Source: Ginglymostoma cirratum (Eukaryota). Taken from it: a stretch of DNA of 64,000 bases. Positions 1 through 12,381 of the stretch are shown here, piece after piece. Where the stretch lies: assembly GCA_024137785.1 (NCBI GenBank), contig JAHRHZ010000271.1, forward strand, positions 18,211,151 to 18,275,150. Reading direction: 5' to 3'. The translations under genes were made by a program, and so were the position numbers. The stretch's first letter is position 1. Each line of letters begins with the position of its first letter. The notes beneath the pieces are model-generated. The model was given only the letters and a program-made list of their open reading frames with translations, had not been told where the DNA came from and ran no database searches.

Positions 1-52
1 CTATGATGCTTCTTGACCTGCTGTGTTCATCCAGCCCCATGCTTGTTATCTC
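1..52 (+). mobile_element. 3' end of a Penelope-like pseudo-LTR, truncated by the window edge
   Basis: ctatgatgcttcttgacctgctgtgttcatccagccccatgcttgttatctc nearly matches the pLTR tails at about 27148-27199 and 60633-60684. Confidence 0.8.
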
Positions 53-462
53 ACCTCATATGTATCCTGGTTTGAACTCTGTTTGCCACTGATCAGCTCA
101 TCTGATCAGCCTGCCTATATCCTCCTTTAGTCTAAGGCTATCCATCTCATCATTTGCCACCCCCCACACACACATGCACGATCAGACGGGGAAAAATAGC
201 AGACATTTCCGGGGTTCCTATTCACTGGTTGATGAGATGATCCTTTTCCAGAATATTACCTTTCAGTTGGCTTTCTTTGTTTACTTCCATTGATACGCAA
301 AAGACACAAGGTGACTGTTGACTTGTAAAAGGTCTCTAACTTATCGGTTAAATGTCACAGTTTATAACAATTGCTGAAGGAAAGATAAGCTGGTTTTCTC
401 CAGGTTTAGAATGGGTTTTGACTGTTGAGAACAGAAAGACAGCTTGCCTGCTGTTGGAGATC

Positions 463-795
463 ACCTAAGATCCCAGAAAGCACCTTCCAAACCCACAACC
501 ACTTCCATCTAGAAGGACAAGGGCAGCAGATACATGGGAACACCGCCATCTTCAAGCTTCCCTCCAAGTCATTCACCATCCTGACTTGGAGACATATTGC
601 TGTTCCTTCTCTGTTGTTGAGTCAAAATCCTGGAGTTCTGTCCCCGGTGGCATTGTCAGTCAACCCGCAGTAGGTGGACTGCAGCTGTTCAGGAAGGTAG
701 CTCACCATTACCTTCTGAAGGGCAACTACAGATGGACAATAAATGCTAGCCAGCCAGTGATGCCCGCACCCCACAATATGAATTTAAAAAAATCA
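463..795 (+). mobile_element. 3' end of a CR1/L2-group LINE (family B, which shares its tail with the SacSINE1-like SINE)
   Basis: Tail ...ctcaccattaccttctgaagggcaactacagatggacaataaatgctagccagccagtgatgcccgcaccccacaatatgaatttaaaaaaa. Reverse-complement copies occur at 19.1, 23.3 and 40.9 kb. Confidence 0.7.
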
Positions 796-1632
796 AAATC
801 CTTCTCTCTCTATCTTGTTCCCACCCAAAGCTATTCAGTTATCTAAGAACTAACCACACGTTTGTTGGCAGGCAGAAACCTTTTGGTATTGATACTGGTC
901 ACTACTCACTAGACTAATCAACTTTTTTTTGCCAGCCAGCTCCATCTGTAGACAGAATCCCTTGACTCCAATTCATCTGTAACCACTTCAGTTACTGCTT
1001 GTTCAAACACATGTTTATTCAGTGCTTGCCATAAGTGTCAGATTACTTGCTCTTCAAAACATGCAGAAATCCTTTAAAACATTGGTTTTCCAAAAGTTCT
1101 TCTTCAGTTCTGTCCACAATTTTAAAAAACGCAAAAATAAAATGACACTGTCTTTATAATTGCATTTCTGCATTTTTGTGCAAAGTCAATGGGGAAGAGG
1201 CTATTACCCCAGCACAGTTTGTGCTGGGAAAGCAAATATGAATTACCTTGCCCAGCAACTAATTGTCTAACTATTCCAAGGCACGGGTATTCTTCTTCAA
1301 AGACTGAGGAGAATGAACGCGATACGTGATGACCTAACAGGTTAAGAGGTCTCAAAACTTCATACTGGGCAGAGAATGTGAGTTAGAAATATAAATACTT
1401 GGATACCAGCAAAGGTTTCTCGGTATATAACCAGCCCATATTATTTAAAATGGTTCCTGATCATCATGATACACTATGAAGCCATCTTAGACCATCATAT
1501 AACACACCAACAATGTACAGAAAGTGAGGAAAAAGACTCCAGTGATTGTGTGGTGATTTGAGTGACAGCAACCAGCAGCAGGTGGCCAAGCTGTTACACA
1601 TTGTTCTCTGTTGCATTTGTTTATCTCTTCAG

Positions 1633-1668
1633 ACAGGTATACCATCACCAGATCAGGATGAGTTGTGA
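1633..1668 (+). CDS. Candidate alternative terminal exon encoding TGIPSPDQDEL*, with a putative 3' UTR to about 2040
   Basis: Pyrimidine-rich acceptor ttgcatttgtttatctcttcag (AG 1631-1632), a phase-0 frame ending at TGA 1666-1668, non-repetitive AT-rich sequence downstream, and AATAAA at 2017-2022. No homology support. Confidence 0.3.
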   Translation, partial: TGIPSPDQDEL

Positions 1669-3499
1669 AGCTTCCAAAGCATTATACTTAACTTTGAAAT
1701 GCTAGTCTTGTAAACTGTGTTATCTGTTTAAATTGACAACATGCACTACTGTGGGTTTGTGATGTGAAAAAGGGGGATGTTTTGTTCCGTCTCACAGTCA
1801 GTATAACTTTTTGACAGAGTATGTCAATATGCCTTTAAGAGACATGCACATGTCACCTATCTATCATTGCATATGACTTAGGGATATAAAGATCACATGC
1901 TTTGTTTTAACTCTGATTGTTTGAAACATACTGCACTGTTAAAAGCCTGTACCTTAACGTGAGCCCAGTCACTTATGTGCTTAATGAATATGATGTTTGC
2001 ATATAATAGTAGCTACAATAAATGTCTGTGGATCTTTCAATACCAAGAGATCCATGCCCATGTTACTAAGGATAACGTAAGCATGTGCATCAAGCAAAAT
2101 ATCCTATTGGAGGCAAAACTCTGTTCAAGGCCCGTCTTATTATCAGGTATATAATTGATGGAGTTGCTTTCTCTGGGATGTTAATGTCTGTCATATTTGA
2201 ATGTATTTGCAGCAATCTGAATCATTAATCATAATTAAATTTAATTGTACAGTAACAGGTCTTACTTGGAAAATGATGATTTTAAAAAAACAACTTTGTT
2301 AACATCCTTTTAAGTTGCTTGCGTTATATATGTGCATCAAACCCTGAGCTGTTTAGATTGTGTGCCACAGAAACTCATCTGTGTCATAAGCCTTGTGAAA
2401 CCCTTTACTTGAGAATTTATTTTCAAAGCCAGTTTATGTTTAAAACAAAATCAATTTTATGAATGGAGGTTGCTAAATGAGAACTGTTTGCATTGGAACT
2501 TTATTTTCTTAAAGTACTTGGTTTGTTTTTGTTTTGTTAATGATTGTGCCAACTGATGCATATCACATGGAATTTCGTGGCCATTTGCCTGACACCTTCG
2601 GTTTCAGATCTGGCAGTACGTAACATTCCAACTCTCTGACCAACATGTGTGGTTAACTTCTTGTCCATTCTTTATCAAGGCAGTTAGTAAAACAGTTCTC
2701 CTCCCTTCACAAACCACAAGCCACAGTGGAATCTGTGACCTTGGTGACTAATGTCCAAGTCAAGAAAAAGGATGGATTTTCACTTATTTCAAAACTGGGA
2801 TGTGAAAGACTTTGAAAAGTAAAGTTGCTGTTTGCCGGCTCCTTGCTCATTGATTTAGTTCTTCTGACTATCGATTTTTTTTTTCCCTTTTTTTTTCCCC
2901 CTTTTTAAGCAAAATATTTTCATCTCTTTTGCATATATAATCCTAGAAATCAAATGTGATGCATGAGAGAATGGACGTTTTTGTTTCTCTATGATATTCT
3001 ATTTGTTAACTCATTTAACATCTCAAAGCTTTCACGTTAAGTAGAATATTGTTGCTTCTGTGCTTACGTTTGGCTTTGCTTAATGTAAACCTTTATATAT
3101 CTCACAACTTTGAGAATTTAATTGTTGAAAGGCGGTTCTGCAGGATTGACAATCACAAGATGGATCCGTTTGATTGTTCTAGATCCAAAATGTGATGTGG
3201 ACTTCAATTGTCTAAATCTACCATAATAGTGAAAATGCTCCATTTTGATCTTATCTTTTGCTGTCCAACTCTAATAGGCAGTCCTGTGGAATATAGGAAA
3301 GTAGTTGGCCCCGGACCCATTGAGATGACTCTTTAATCCTTCTGATGATAGGAGGGTTAGGCAGCAGTGATGAAAGGTTGTTGATCAGATTGGAGGGATG
3401 TACGTAATGCTGTACAGAGTTCTGTACTGGGACTGCTGCTCTTTCTGATATGGAAATGACATGAACTTGTGTATTAGGAGTTTGCAGGTAGTAGAAACT

Positions 3500-3925
3500 T
3501 AGAAGTGTATTACTTGGTGACAATTACTGCAGAGTGTGAAGAAGTTATGCATTTTGGAAGAAAGAGGTTGACAATATATCTTCAATGTTCCAATTTTAAA
3601 GGTGATACGGAGTACAAAAAAATCAAGCTGCACACATGCACCTTTTGAAGGTGGCTGAACATTTTGAGAATTACATTTTTAAGAGGTTTGTGCAGTGCTT
3701 GGCTAGAATGTGGAGGCAAGAGAAAATGCTATGGTAAATGTTTATGAGTAACTGGTTAGGCCTCAGCCAGAGTATTATCTGATGTCTGTACTTCGAGATG
3801 GATGTCAAGTTTTGAGTAGTGTCTTGGTGACATTTGCTGGATTGGTACGATGGATGGCACAATAGAAGCTGGGATTATTCCTTTGGAACAGAGAAGACTA
3901 AGGATTGACATGTTAGCAACTTTCC
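3500..3925 (+). mobile_element. Old, degenerate CR1 LINE ORF2 3' fragment
   Basis: Decayed CR1 motifs: gagtgtgaagaagttatgcattttggaag (KCEVMHFG-like), ctggttaggcctcagccagagtat (LVRP-LEY-like) and ctgggattattcctttggaacagagaagactaagg (LGLFSLEQRRLRG-like). Confidence 0.6.
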
Positions 3926-4115
3926 TGACAGGTTAGGGGGATGCAATCAATTGTCCCAATTTGGGACCAGTAGGAGGCATGAATGGGAGTGGCAAGAGTG
4001 TGGCCTCAAAAGATATCCTGTTCTTGCTTCTGATCCATCCTCTGTCTATGACCTTTGCACTGTGACAAGAAGGTTAAAATTACTTTCTTGCTGCTGGATA
4101 CCTTAGGAAGCAGAC

Positions 4116-4353
4116 TGCAGTGACTGTGACGAGGTCAGCCAGGTGGACCTCATAGAATATGAGTTCCCTGACTGTGGCTGTTAATCTGGTCCAATCAGGG
4201 AGCCCTGGTTGACAGATATAAACAGGAGTATTGGACCCCCTGTTCACTCTCTGGGGGCTAGCTCTGAGGGAGCTGGACTAGTGTCACGGACTCTCCACGT
4301 GTAAATAAAGTGTGACCTGGTGACGGAATACCGGCCTCCGCAAAGTTATTTCA
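4116..4353 (+). mobile_element. Solo LTR (about 238 bp)
   Basis: TG...CA termini, with CCAAT 4191-4195, TATAAA 4217-4222 and AATAAA 4304-4309 in LTR order. The flanks cagac/taggc may be a decayed 5-bp TSD. GC and CpG content are higher than in the flanks. Confidence 0.7.
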
Positions 4354-4980
4354 TAGGCCTTGACCCCAGAAGCTGCCAATCTTTGGTGATCTGGAATGTC
4401 AGTGTTGAGGCCTGTGATAAGCTGAGATACTTGCCCATACTAATCTGTCAAATCTTCATGAGCTGATTGGTGCATAATTAGGCATGTCTTTCTGACATAT
4501 TTGTCCCCACACTTTTCAAAGTAGAATCACAAAATTGCACCCTCTGATTTTATGTTTGGCCAGGCTTCCCCATGCTCAAATTCCAGAGGATTGCAGTCCC
4601 TTTGATGCTCCTGAGCACCATTCTCCTTCAAGTCTGGGCCTAAAACTCAATCACATTGTTGTAGATAGAATTCCTGAATACCTAACACTAGGGTCGGGGT
4701 GACAAGTTCCCTTTAGTGAAGGGTTTTTTTTTTTCTCTTTCTCTTTCCTTGCAGTTTTGTGATAAGGTGGTGAATAAGCAGCAGAATGCTGTACATGATG
4801 TCTGTGTTTTACATATTACGTATGTCCCTTTGGAGCAATTTTCCCCATTCCACTCATTGTTTAATTTGCTGTTTTATTAATCCTTGTGGATGGATGTGCT
4901 TGACAGCACTTGAAAATGTGTCAAAATATGCACATTTGTGATTTGTGTTTTCTTTCTATTAACTTGTTTCTTTTCTCCAG

Positions 4981-5031
4981 AAATCTGGTGGTGCAGGAGG
5001 AACGAAGCCCAGAGGTAGACCCAAGAAACTG
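4981..5031 (+). CDS. HMGA1: HMGA-family internal exon A, third-AT-hook module, KSGGAGGTKPRGRPKKL (HMGA1-like)
   Basis: Strong acceptor aacttgtttcttttctccag and donor CTG|gtaggc. The exon is 51 nt, phase 0/0, the same size and phase as the AT-hook-3 exon of vertebrate HMGA genes. It has the PRGRP core, and its end KPRGRPKKL is identical to HMGA1 (KTTTTPGRKPRGRPKKL). The family call is solid; HMGA1 versus HMGA2 is less certain from 17 aa. Confidence 0.85.
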
Positions 5032-5456
5032 GTAGGCTACATGTTTGATTTTCAGATTCTTGAAAAGCGCTGGGTTTGGATAACAACTATGCATTGAACA
5101 TCCAATTGTTAACTTGATGATTTTGATTTCAACAAAACTGGCAGCAGACCATGATCAGCAAAACTTTACAGTCATGAGGCTAGCATTTTCAAGTTATGTC
5201 TGTCTGCTTTGGTGATGTTATTCACACACAAGATGTTATAGTGAGACACACATTCTTGAATTAAGATACAATTTAAGGTGACGTTTTCATGTTCCAGCCT
5301 TTTCTATTCTTTTATTAAGAAGGTGGGCAGATATATTTGTAGAATATGTTGACCTGTTTTGAGGCCATTGAAGCATTTGCAGCATTTTAAGAGGTTTTGT
5401 AATGGGAAGTGGGGAGGGGAAAGGCATGAAGCTGTATTGGATTTGTATGTTCTGAA

Positions 5457-6712
5457 TTGATTCGGAACAGTCAGCATGGTTTATGCGAGGAAAGTCGTGT
5501 CTCTCAAACTTAATTGAGTTTTTTGAGGAAGTTACCAAAATGGTGGTTGATGGTAGGGCAGTAGATGTTGTTTATTTGGATTCGAGTAAAGCCTTTGATA
5601 AGGTTCCGCATGGTAGACTACTTAGTAAAGTCAGGTCACGTAGGATTCAGGGTGAGCTTGCCAATTGGATACATAATTGGCTTAATGACAGGAGACAGAA
5701 GTAATGGTGGAAGGTTATTTTTTGGACTGCAGGCCTGTGACCAGTGGTGTTCCACAAGGATTGGTTCTGGGTCCTGTTTTTTTTTGTTTGTCACTTGTAT
5801 AAATGATTTGGATGAGAATATAGAAGGCATGGTTTGTAAGTTTGCAGATGACGCCAAAATTGGTGGCATTGTAGACAGTGAAGAAGGTTTTCTAAGATTA
5901 CAAAGGGATCTTGATCAAATAGTTCAATGGGCTGAGAAATGGCAGATGGAGTTCAATCTGGATAAATGTGAGGCATTGCATTTTGGTACAACAAACCAGG
6001 GAAGGGCTTGTACAATTAATGTTAGGGCCTTGAGTAGTGTTGTAGAAGAGGAATCTACGCGTGCAGGTACAAAATTCTTTAAAGTTTGTGTCACATATAA
6101 ACAGGATGGTTAAAATGTGTTTGACATGCTTGCTGTTATTGCTCAGTCCTTTGAGTATAACAGTTGGGATGTTATGTTGAAGTTGTACAGGACATTGGCA
6201 AAGCCTCTTCTGGAAACCTGTGTCCATTTCTGGTCGCCCGGTTATATGAAGGATATTATCAAGCTGGAGAGGGTTCAGAAGAGATTTGCCACGATATTGC
6301 CGGGCATGGAAGGTTTGAGTTATAAGGAAAGGCTGAATAGGCTGGGACTTTTTTCGCTGGAATGTCGCAGGTTGAGAGATGACCTGATAGAAGTTTATAA
6401 AATAATGAAAGGTATAGACAGAGTTGATGGTAGTCTTTCCCCTAAGAAGGAAAATTTCAAGACTAGAGAGCACATTTTTAAGGTGAGAGGAGAGTAATTT
6501 TAAAAAAGACATGAGGCAAATTTTTTTACACAAAAGGTTGTTTGCAGGTACAATTACAGCGTTTAAAAGACATTTGGATGGATATATGAATAGAAAAGGT
6601 TTGGAGGGATATGAGCCAGGGGCAGGCAGGTGGGACTAGTTTAGTTTGGGATCATGTTCAGCATGGACTGGTTGGACCAAAGGGACTGTTTTTATGCTGA
6701 ATGACTCTATGA
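5457..6712 (+). mobile_element. 5'-truncated CR1 (HER1-like) LINE: RT C-terminal half and 3' UTR, frameshifted
   Basis: ORFs 5483-5704, 5565-6113 and 6117-6497 give RGKSCLSNLIEFFEEVT, DVVYLDSSKAFDKVPHGRLL, KFADDAKIGG, WAEKWQMEFNLDKCE and LGLFSLECRRLRDDLIEVYKIM. The tail ends ...gactctatga. Confidence 0.95.
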
Positions 6713-9700
6713 ACCTGGAATGCACTGCCTGGATAGGCATTCGAGGCAGCAGACCTCAACCTTTAAAATGTAAGTGGATGAGCACTTGAGACATCATAAC
6801 ATTCAAGTCTATGGGCCAAGTGCTGGAAAGTGAGATTAGGGTAGAAATGTCCAAGCAGACTTTGCCTGCAGACGTGGACCAAACTTATTTTTTAAAAGTT
6901 ACATTATTAGTTGTAAGCAACTCTAATACTATGAGAACCAAAGCTAACCGATCATAAAGGGTAGCTTTTATGACTGATTTTTTAATTTTTATAAACTAAC
7001 TATTTAATAGTTAATTAATTGCTTGGTAATTAACAACTGTTAATTTTATAGATTATTTTGTTTAACTTATGCCCCACTACGTCGGCCTTTTTAATCTGAC
7101 ATTTTCTCTTTTTTTAGAAAAATGGTTTACATTATTTTGGTTTCCTAGTTTGGTTTTTCTTTCATCTTGCTTCTATGTCCATTTTGATAGTGGGAGATAA
7201 TTTTTAAAAGGTATTTTCCACACTTGATGACAGCTTTAAAGAGTGGATTCCAGTTAATCAAAAATCCCAGATGTGAAGATTAACATTGTTGCATCACGTT
7301 CAATTTGATTCATCTTTCTATTTTGTTTTCTTGCTGATGTTCTGCCCTTCTATTTCTCTTCTCCAAATTGTCAAAATGGCAATTCTTTATTTATTGTAGG
7401 TTGACTTTTCAACTTGTAGCAAATGGATATCTTGTTCCCATTTGAGTTTCCAGCAAGGGTCATAGATAACCATGAGGAATGCTAATCCATCCTACTTTAG
7501 GAGTCTGAGGCCAGTTGTCTCATCATGTCCATAAATGGACAGGGAGTGAGCTAATTCATTACATGCCGTGGATGTAACCTAAAATCCAGGACAATCTTTT
7601 GGGCTTCTGCTTTGGAGCAATGGAAAGACGTGTTGAAAGAATTTATTTGTGGTAAATTCACCAGTCAATCAGTATCCAGATGAGCAAATTCATCTGCAGT
7701 GCTAGAAAAGCACCAAAATAATTTTTTTTCTTATATCTGCATTGACAATGTTGACATGATACTCCTAGGAAGCTCACAAATTTACAATTGAATAGTTTCC
7801 ACCAGAGTATTATGAAAAGCAAAACTTTATTTGGGTACATTTTATTCTATTACTGCAAAAATAAATAAAAGACTTTGTACTGGGGGCAGTATTACTTGAA
7901 TTGTTTGACTTGCTTTCTTACTTTTTTCAAAAAAATGGTGTCCTGGATACATCTATCTCTTCTTCATTGCAGTTACCCATAAATAATGATAACCATGATG
8001 ATTTCAGATAAGTGCTTTATAATCCAGTATCACAATTTTATCACCTGCGTCCTGAATTTGGAATTAGTTTTTTTCTTTGCTTTGTGCGGCAATTTGTATC
8101 TCTCATCTAAACTAGTTCTGTAGAAGAAGATGGATTCTGTATAATTCCAGGTTTTGATTTAAACCATACGCCCTTTCCTGATCAATAATACATACGATTC
8201 ACAAGTTAAACTTAAAACTTTTCAAAGTTTTAATTCCAAATTGTAATGAAAGTCAATTTTAATTCTTCAGTTTGAATTTTGACAGGAGGGTGGAAATGCA
8301 GTGCATCCTAAAGTATGAATAAGTTTCTTTTTGTTTTGAAGTCATCCTGTTTTTCTTCAATTTATAGATTGCCCAAACTAAATTTTTGAACTTATATTTT
8401 ATATGGAGGCTGTTTGTCTCTCGTTGCAGTGCCACAACAAAACACAATATGTAATTAGTTGGTGAAAGTACATGAAAGTGATGAGTTGATTTTCCTTTCT
8501 CTCACGTGCATTCTTTCAGAAGCATTCTGCCTTTGCTCAGTGTCTCCATAGGTGCACACAGTTTGAAGAGTTTCTGACTTCCCTTGAAACTCTTTTAGAC
8601 TTTTGCCTCTGTGGTGGTTATAGCACTCAGTGGATTAACAGGGCCACTGTTTGTACCAAATTTGTGTTTGATAGCCATAGTATTGCTAGGGTCATTAGGA
8701 AATATAACAAGATTCAAAATATAACAAAATTCCAAGGAAATGCATGTTTCAAGTCAGAGCTTGTACTAACTGTTAACTCTGCAAAACATGGGATCTGAAC
8801 AGAGTGCATATCTTTAATCGGTCCACCATGCTCAGTTAAATTGCATGAAAAGGACCACGCAGTATTGTCACACTGAGCCACACTTTCACCAATTTGGAGC
8901 TTTGTTTACGATCCCTTGTACCGTCCGCAAGATATGGACACTCAATGTGACTCAGTTTTATAAACAATGAAATATTCTGATACCTTATCTAATTGGACAT
9001 TCTTCGTGTGTCTGTCCAGACTGAGACTGTTGACATGCTGCATGACCATGGGATACATCACACTTGAGCCAGAGCATGTCCTTATCTGACAATCACCTAT
9101 GCTGATTCACCATTAATTGGGCTGGATAGTGATTACAATTGGGAACCCTGATCGGGAAAGGAAAAATATCAGCCATAAGGGCATTAAGGCCAATTGTCAA
9201 TGTCCTTCTACTGTGATAACTGTGCTGAAGGAACTTAGGATTAAGTCTGTGACCTTCTACATTTTGTATGTCTCAATAACACTGCAGGTTATATATTTAT
9301 TCATAGTTGGGAGAAATTGATTATGGAAATTTTTTCAATATTTGTTTAAAAAAAACCGGAGAATACGGGTGATGCAGAATTCTTAATGGATTAGAACTTA
9401 GGCAAGTTATGTGCTTAAATTCTCTGAATAATGGAAACCGAGCTTCATGCGTGAATAGAACGTGATTTTCTGTCCATTTTGTGGTTTTTGATTGGAGAAT
9501 TCAACCTTGCTGCAATTAGGCAACGTAAGCTAATTGAACAGTTATTCAACTTACAAAAGTGTTGACTGAGATTTTAGTGGCCAGAAATGTACTAGAATCT
9601 GATAATACTTGATTATAATTCTCATTAGTACCACCAGGCAGTTTCAGAAATTGACTCTTAACATAATTTTCTGAAGTCATTTTGTGCAGAATTATATTAA

Positions 9701-10621
9701 AATGTTCTTTTACTGGAATTTCGCTACTATGTTCCTTTATGAAATTATTAAGAGTATTAATTCTTTGTCCTCTGTTAAGAGTTCTGGTTGAGACAAAAAG
9801 ATCGCCTTTTGCATACTCGGTTCTCTTAATTACCATTGAAGGAGTTTTTTTTAAAAAGAGCTTCATAATTACTTTTCTGAACCTGGTTTGGAAAAAATGT
9901 TTTAAATACAAGGCAGAACATCGAGGTGAGCACTTCTGTTAGGAAAAGTTCCTTCCCTAAGTTTGAAGGAAAGGATAAAATTCTGACTGGAGGAACCCAC
10001 TTCCCTCGCCAGAACTCTCTCAGATAAACTATTACATTTCACCAAATCTAGTTTACAGTCCCAGGTGATAAAATTATTCAAAGATGATGCTGTCCGTCTG
10101 ACAGCAGAGCAGCATCTAACACAAGACCCATTTCTTTGTTCTTCCTTGTTCCAAATATTGAAAAATAGCTGGCAGTACTGGAAGAACTGATTTCATATGC
10201 CCTCCGGCTGGGGGTCCTCATATGAGAGTGGGTTGGTTGTAGCAATTCCTCCAAGCCAGTGGCATTGCTTTGAGACACCGCAAGACACATAATACCCATC
10301 TCCCAGGAATGACACCAGTCCTTTAGTGGCTTTTGCTTGGTTAGTATGCACATTCTTTGATGTTCGGTTCATACAGTTTGCAAGTGGATTACTTGTTTTC
10401 ACATGATGACAGATGCTATCTGAATGTTTGACAAACCTGTGTCTTCTATGGCAGTAGTTCTGTTGAAGATTAGTTATGTTTGTGATATATTGGGTTAGTT
10501 TTCTTTCTTTGAATAAACGACCCCCAAGAAATTTGTTCTTTACTTGAAGCCATTGGGGACCAAACTGAATAATTGCGTCAAACCCATAAACATTTGCTGC
10601 TCTAATTTCTCTGATGTGCAG

Positions 10622-10856
10622 ACGTTTCCTAGACAAAGAAGGAGACCAATGGGAAATTATGCTGAACATGGCTCCATGGCAGTCCAAAAGAGAGACACTG
10701 ATCTCCCTTATGGATGGCATCAGTAGGCACCTTCAAGATCTCCATAAAGTTGTGATGAGGGAAATGGAGGGGATACAGAGGGCTATTAAAACCCTGGAGG
10801 ACACAGTTAATACAGCCCTGTTGGATATCTGTCAGTTATCTGAGGGAGCTCAATAA
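10622..10856 (+). CDS. Candidate terminal exon: phase 0 gives TFPRQRRRPMG...YGWHQ* (to 10726), another frame gives a coiled-coil-like peptide (to 10856)
   Basis: Acceptor ctctaatttctctgatgtgcag (AG 10620-10621) and purine-rich, exon-like composition. AATAAA at 11128-11133 is followed by a GU/U-rich tract at 11151-11170. No recognised homology. Confidence 0.3.
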
Positions 10857-12381
10857 GAAATTGGCAAGGAAAGTTGGGAAGTACTGTTGCAAGCTGGCAT
10901 AACGGAAAGACCAAGTCCTTCTGAAATTGTTGAAGGTGCATTGTTTGCAGCTGTCACCCACTATCCTTTTGCAAGCACACTAACTTGATTTTACTTCTTG
11001 CAAGTTATTTATTTGGTACTTATTCCTGCTCTTTCTCCATTGGTAGAATTTGTAGATGTAATGGTAGATTGTACAAAATGTATTTTTGATTCATAGAAGA
11101 AATATTTAGTTATTTTTGAGACTTGGAAATAAAAACGTTATCAACTTAAATTGTGCTTTTGATTCTTTTTCTGCACTCATCTTTCTGCTCCAATTTCTGC
11201 AAGACATTTCTAGACTTATTTTACGATCAAAGTTGTTCAGAATATTTCTGTATAGGATGTAACTAAACACTATATTGATCATAGGTGTGTGACTGTGTTA
11301 CAGTAAATTGTCAGAGTATTTGGTTTCATTTGAAAAGGGGCTGTGTGAATTGGTAGAAACGTTTTAAGGGGCTAAGGTCCTACCTGTTGGGGGTGGGGGG
11401 TGGTGCTGTAATTTAGTGTTGAGTGAACACTGTGTAATTTCCAGGTGAACATTCAGAACTGACCACTGCTAACATGACAGGGTGGGAGCAGAGATGATGA
11501 GGGCAGAATAGGGATTTACTCAAGGTTATCCAAGTTGGCTCAGATGATTCCAATACAGAGGACACATCCCTCAGAATCTGACCAACCCCAATTAAAATGC
11601 AGTAATTGGTGCCTCCTTACCAAAATTGAATCAGTACTACGTGAAACTGACAAAAGCAGCGTACACTTTACTTAAGCAGCACACAGATCTTGTCTATATA
11701 ACTCTAGAAATTCTTTTAAAAATACTTTTAAAAATGCCAGCTTTGATCTGTTTATCAAAGCAGATGTTTTGTAGAACTGTCCAGTGATCAAGGCCTACAT
11801 GACCCCAAGATTGCCACGTTCTCTTTTGAAATACTCCCTATCTTTATAATTTTGCTTCCCATTTGAATCCGTTGTTGCTGTTCAGTGTTTAGTTGAAATT
11901 CAGTTAGTTCTCTTAAGTATTCATTATGAAACAGAGATGTTTTTACTGCTAAAATGTCTAGAGTCGTGATTCAAATGACATGAAAGTGAAATAAATCAAC
12001 CAAACGTTATTTTCATTGAGTTTTGCAAACTGGTAAATTTGTGAAAGTGTATAAATATGTCCATATATATTAAAAGAAAAATTACTCCGGTGCTGTGAAT
12101 CCTCTGCTACTTGAAGGGTAAGCTATGTTACATAGAATGTTAAATGTTGAACGGAAACAGAACCCGTAGTAAGAAATATCGAATTTCAATTAATTACATA
12201 TGCACTACTGCACTAGGCATACTGGGTATGCCACTCCAGTTATAGCAATGGATTAGGACTAATGTTATTGAGTATACCTAAATCTGACACAGTTGTTACT
12301 GTTCTATAACCTCTTTATTCCAGTTGTATCAATTTCAACTCCAGGTTATAAAGTTAGATGCTTGAGGACAAGTTGACAACA

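Noticed and set aside
53-1120. Possible minus-strand LTR remnants here and at about 47500-48300
   Set aside because: The composition is LTR-like, but I could not define termini, a TSD or a partner copy.
9546-9942. Overlapping 121-aa (-) and 86-aa (+) ORFs
   Set aside because: AT-rich, with no recognisable domain and no convincing splice context; likely chance.
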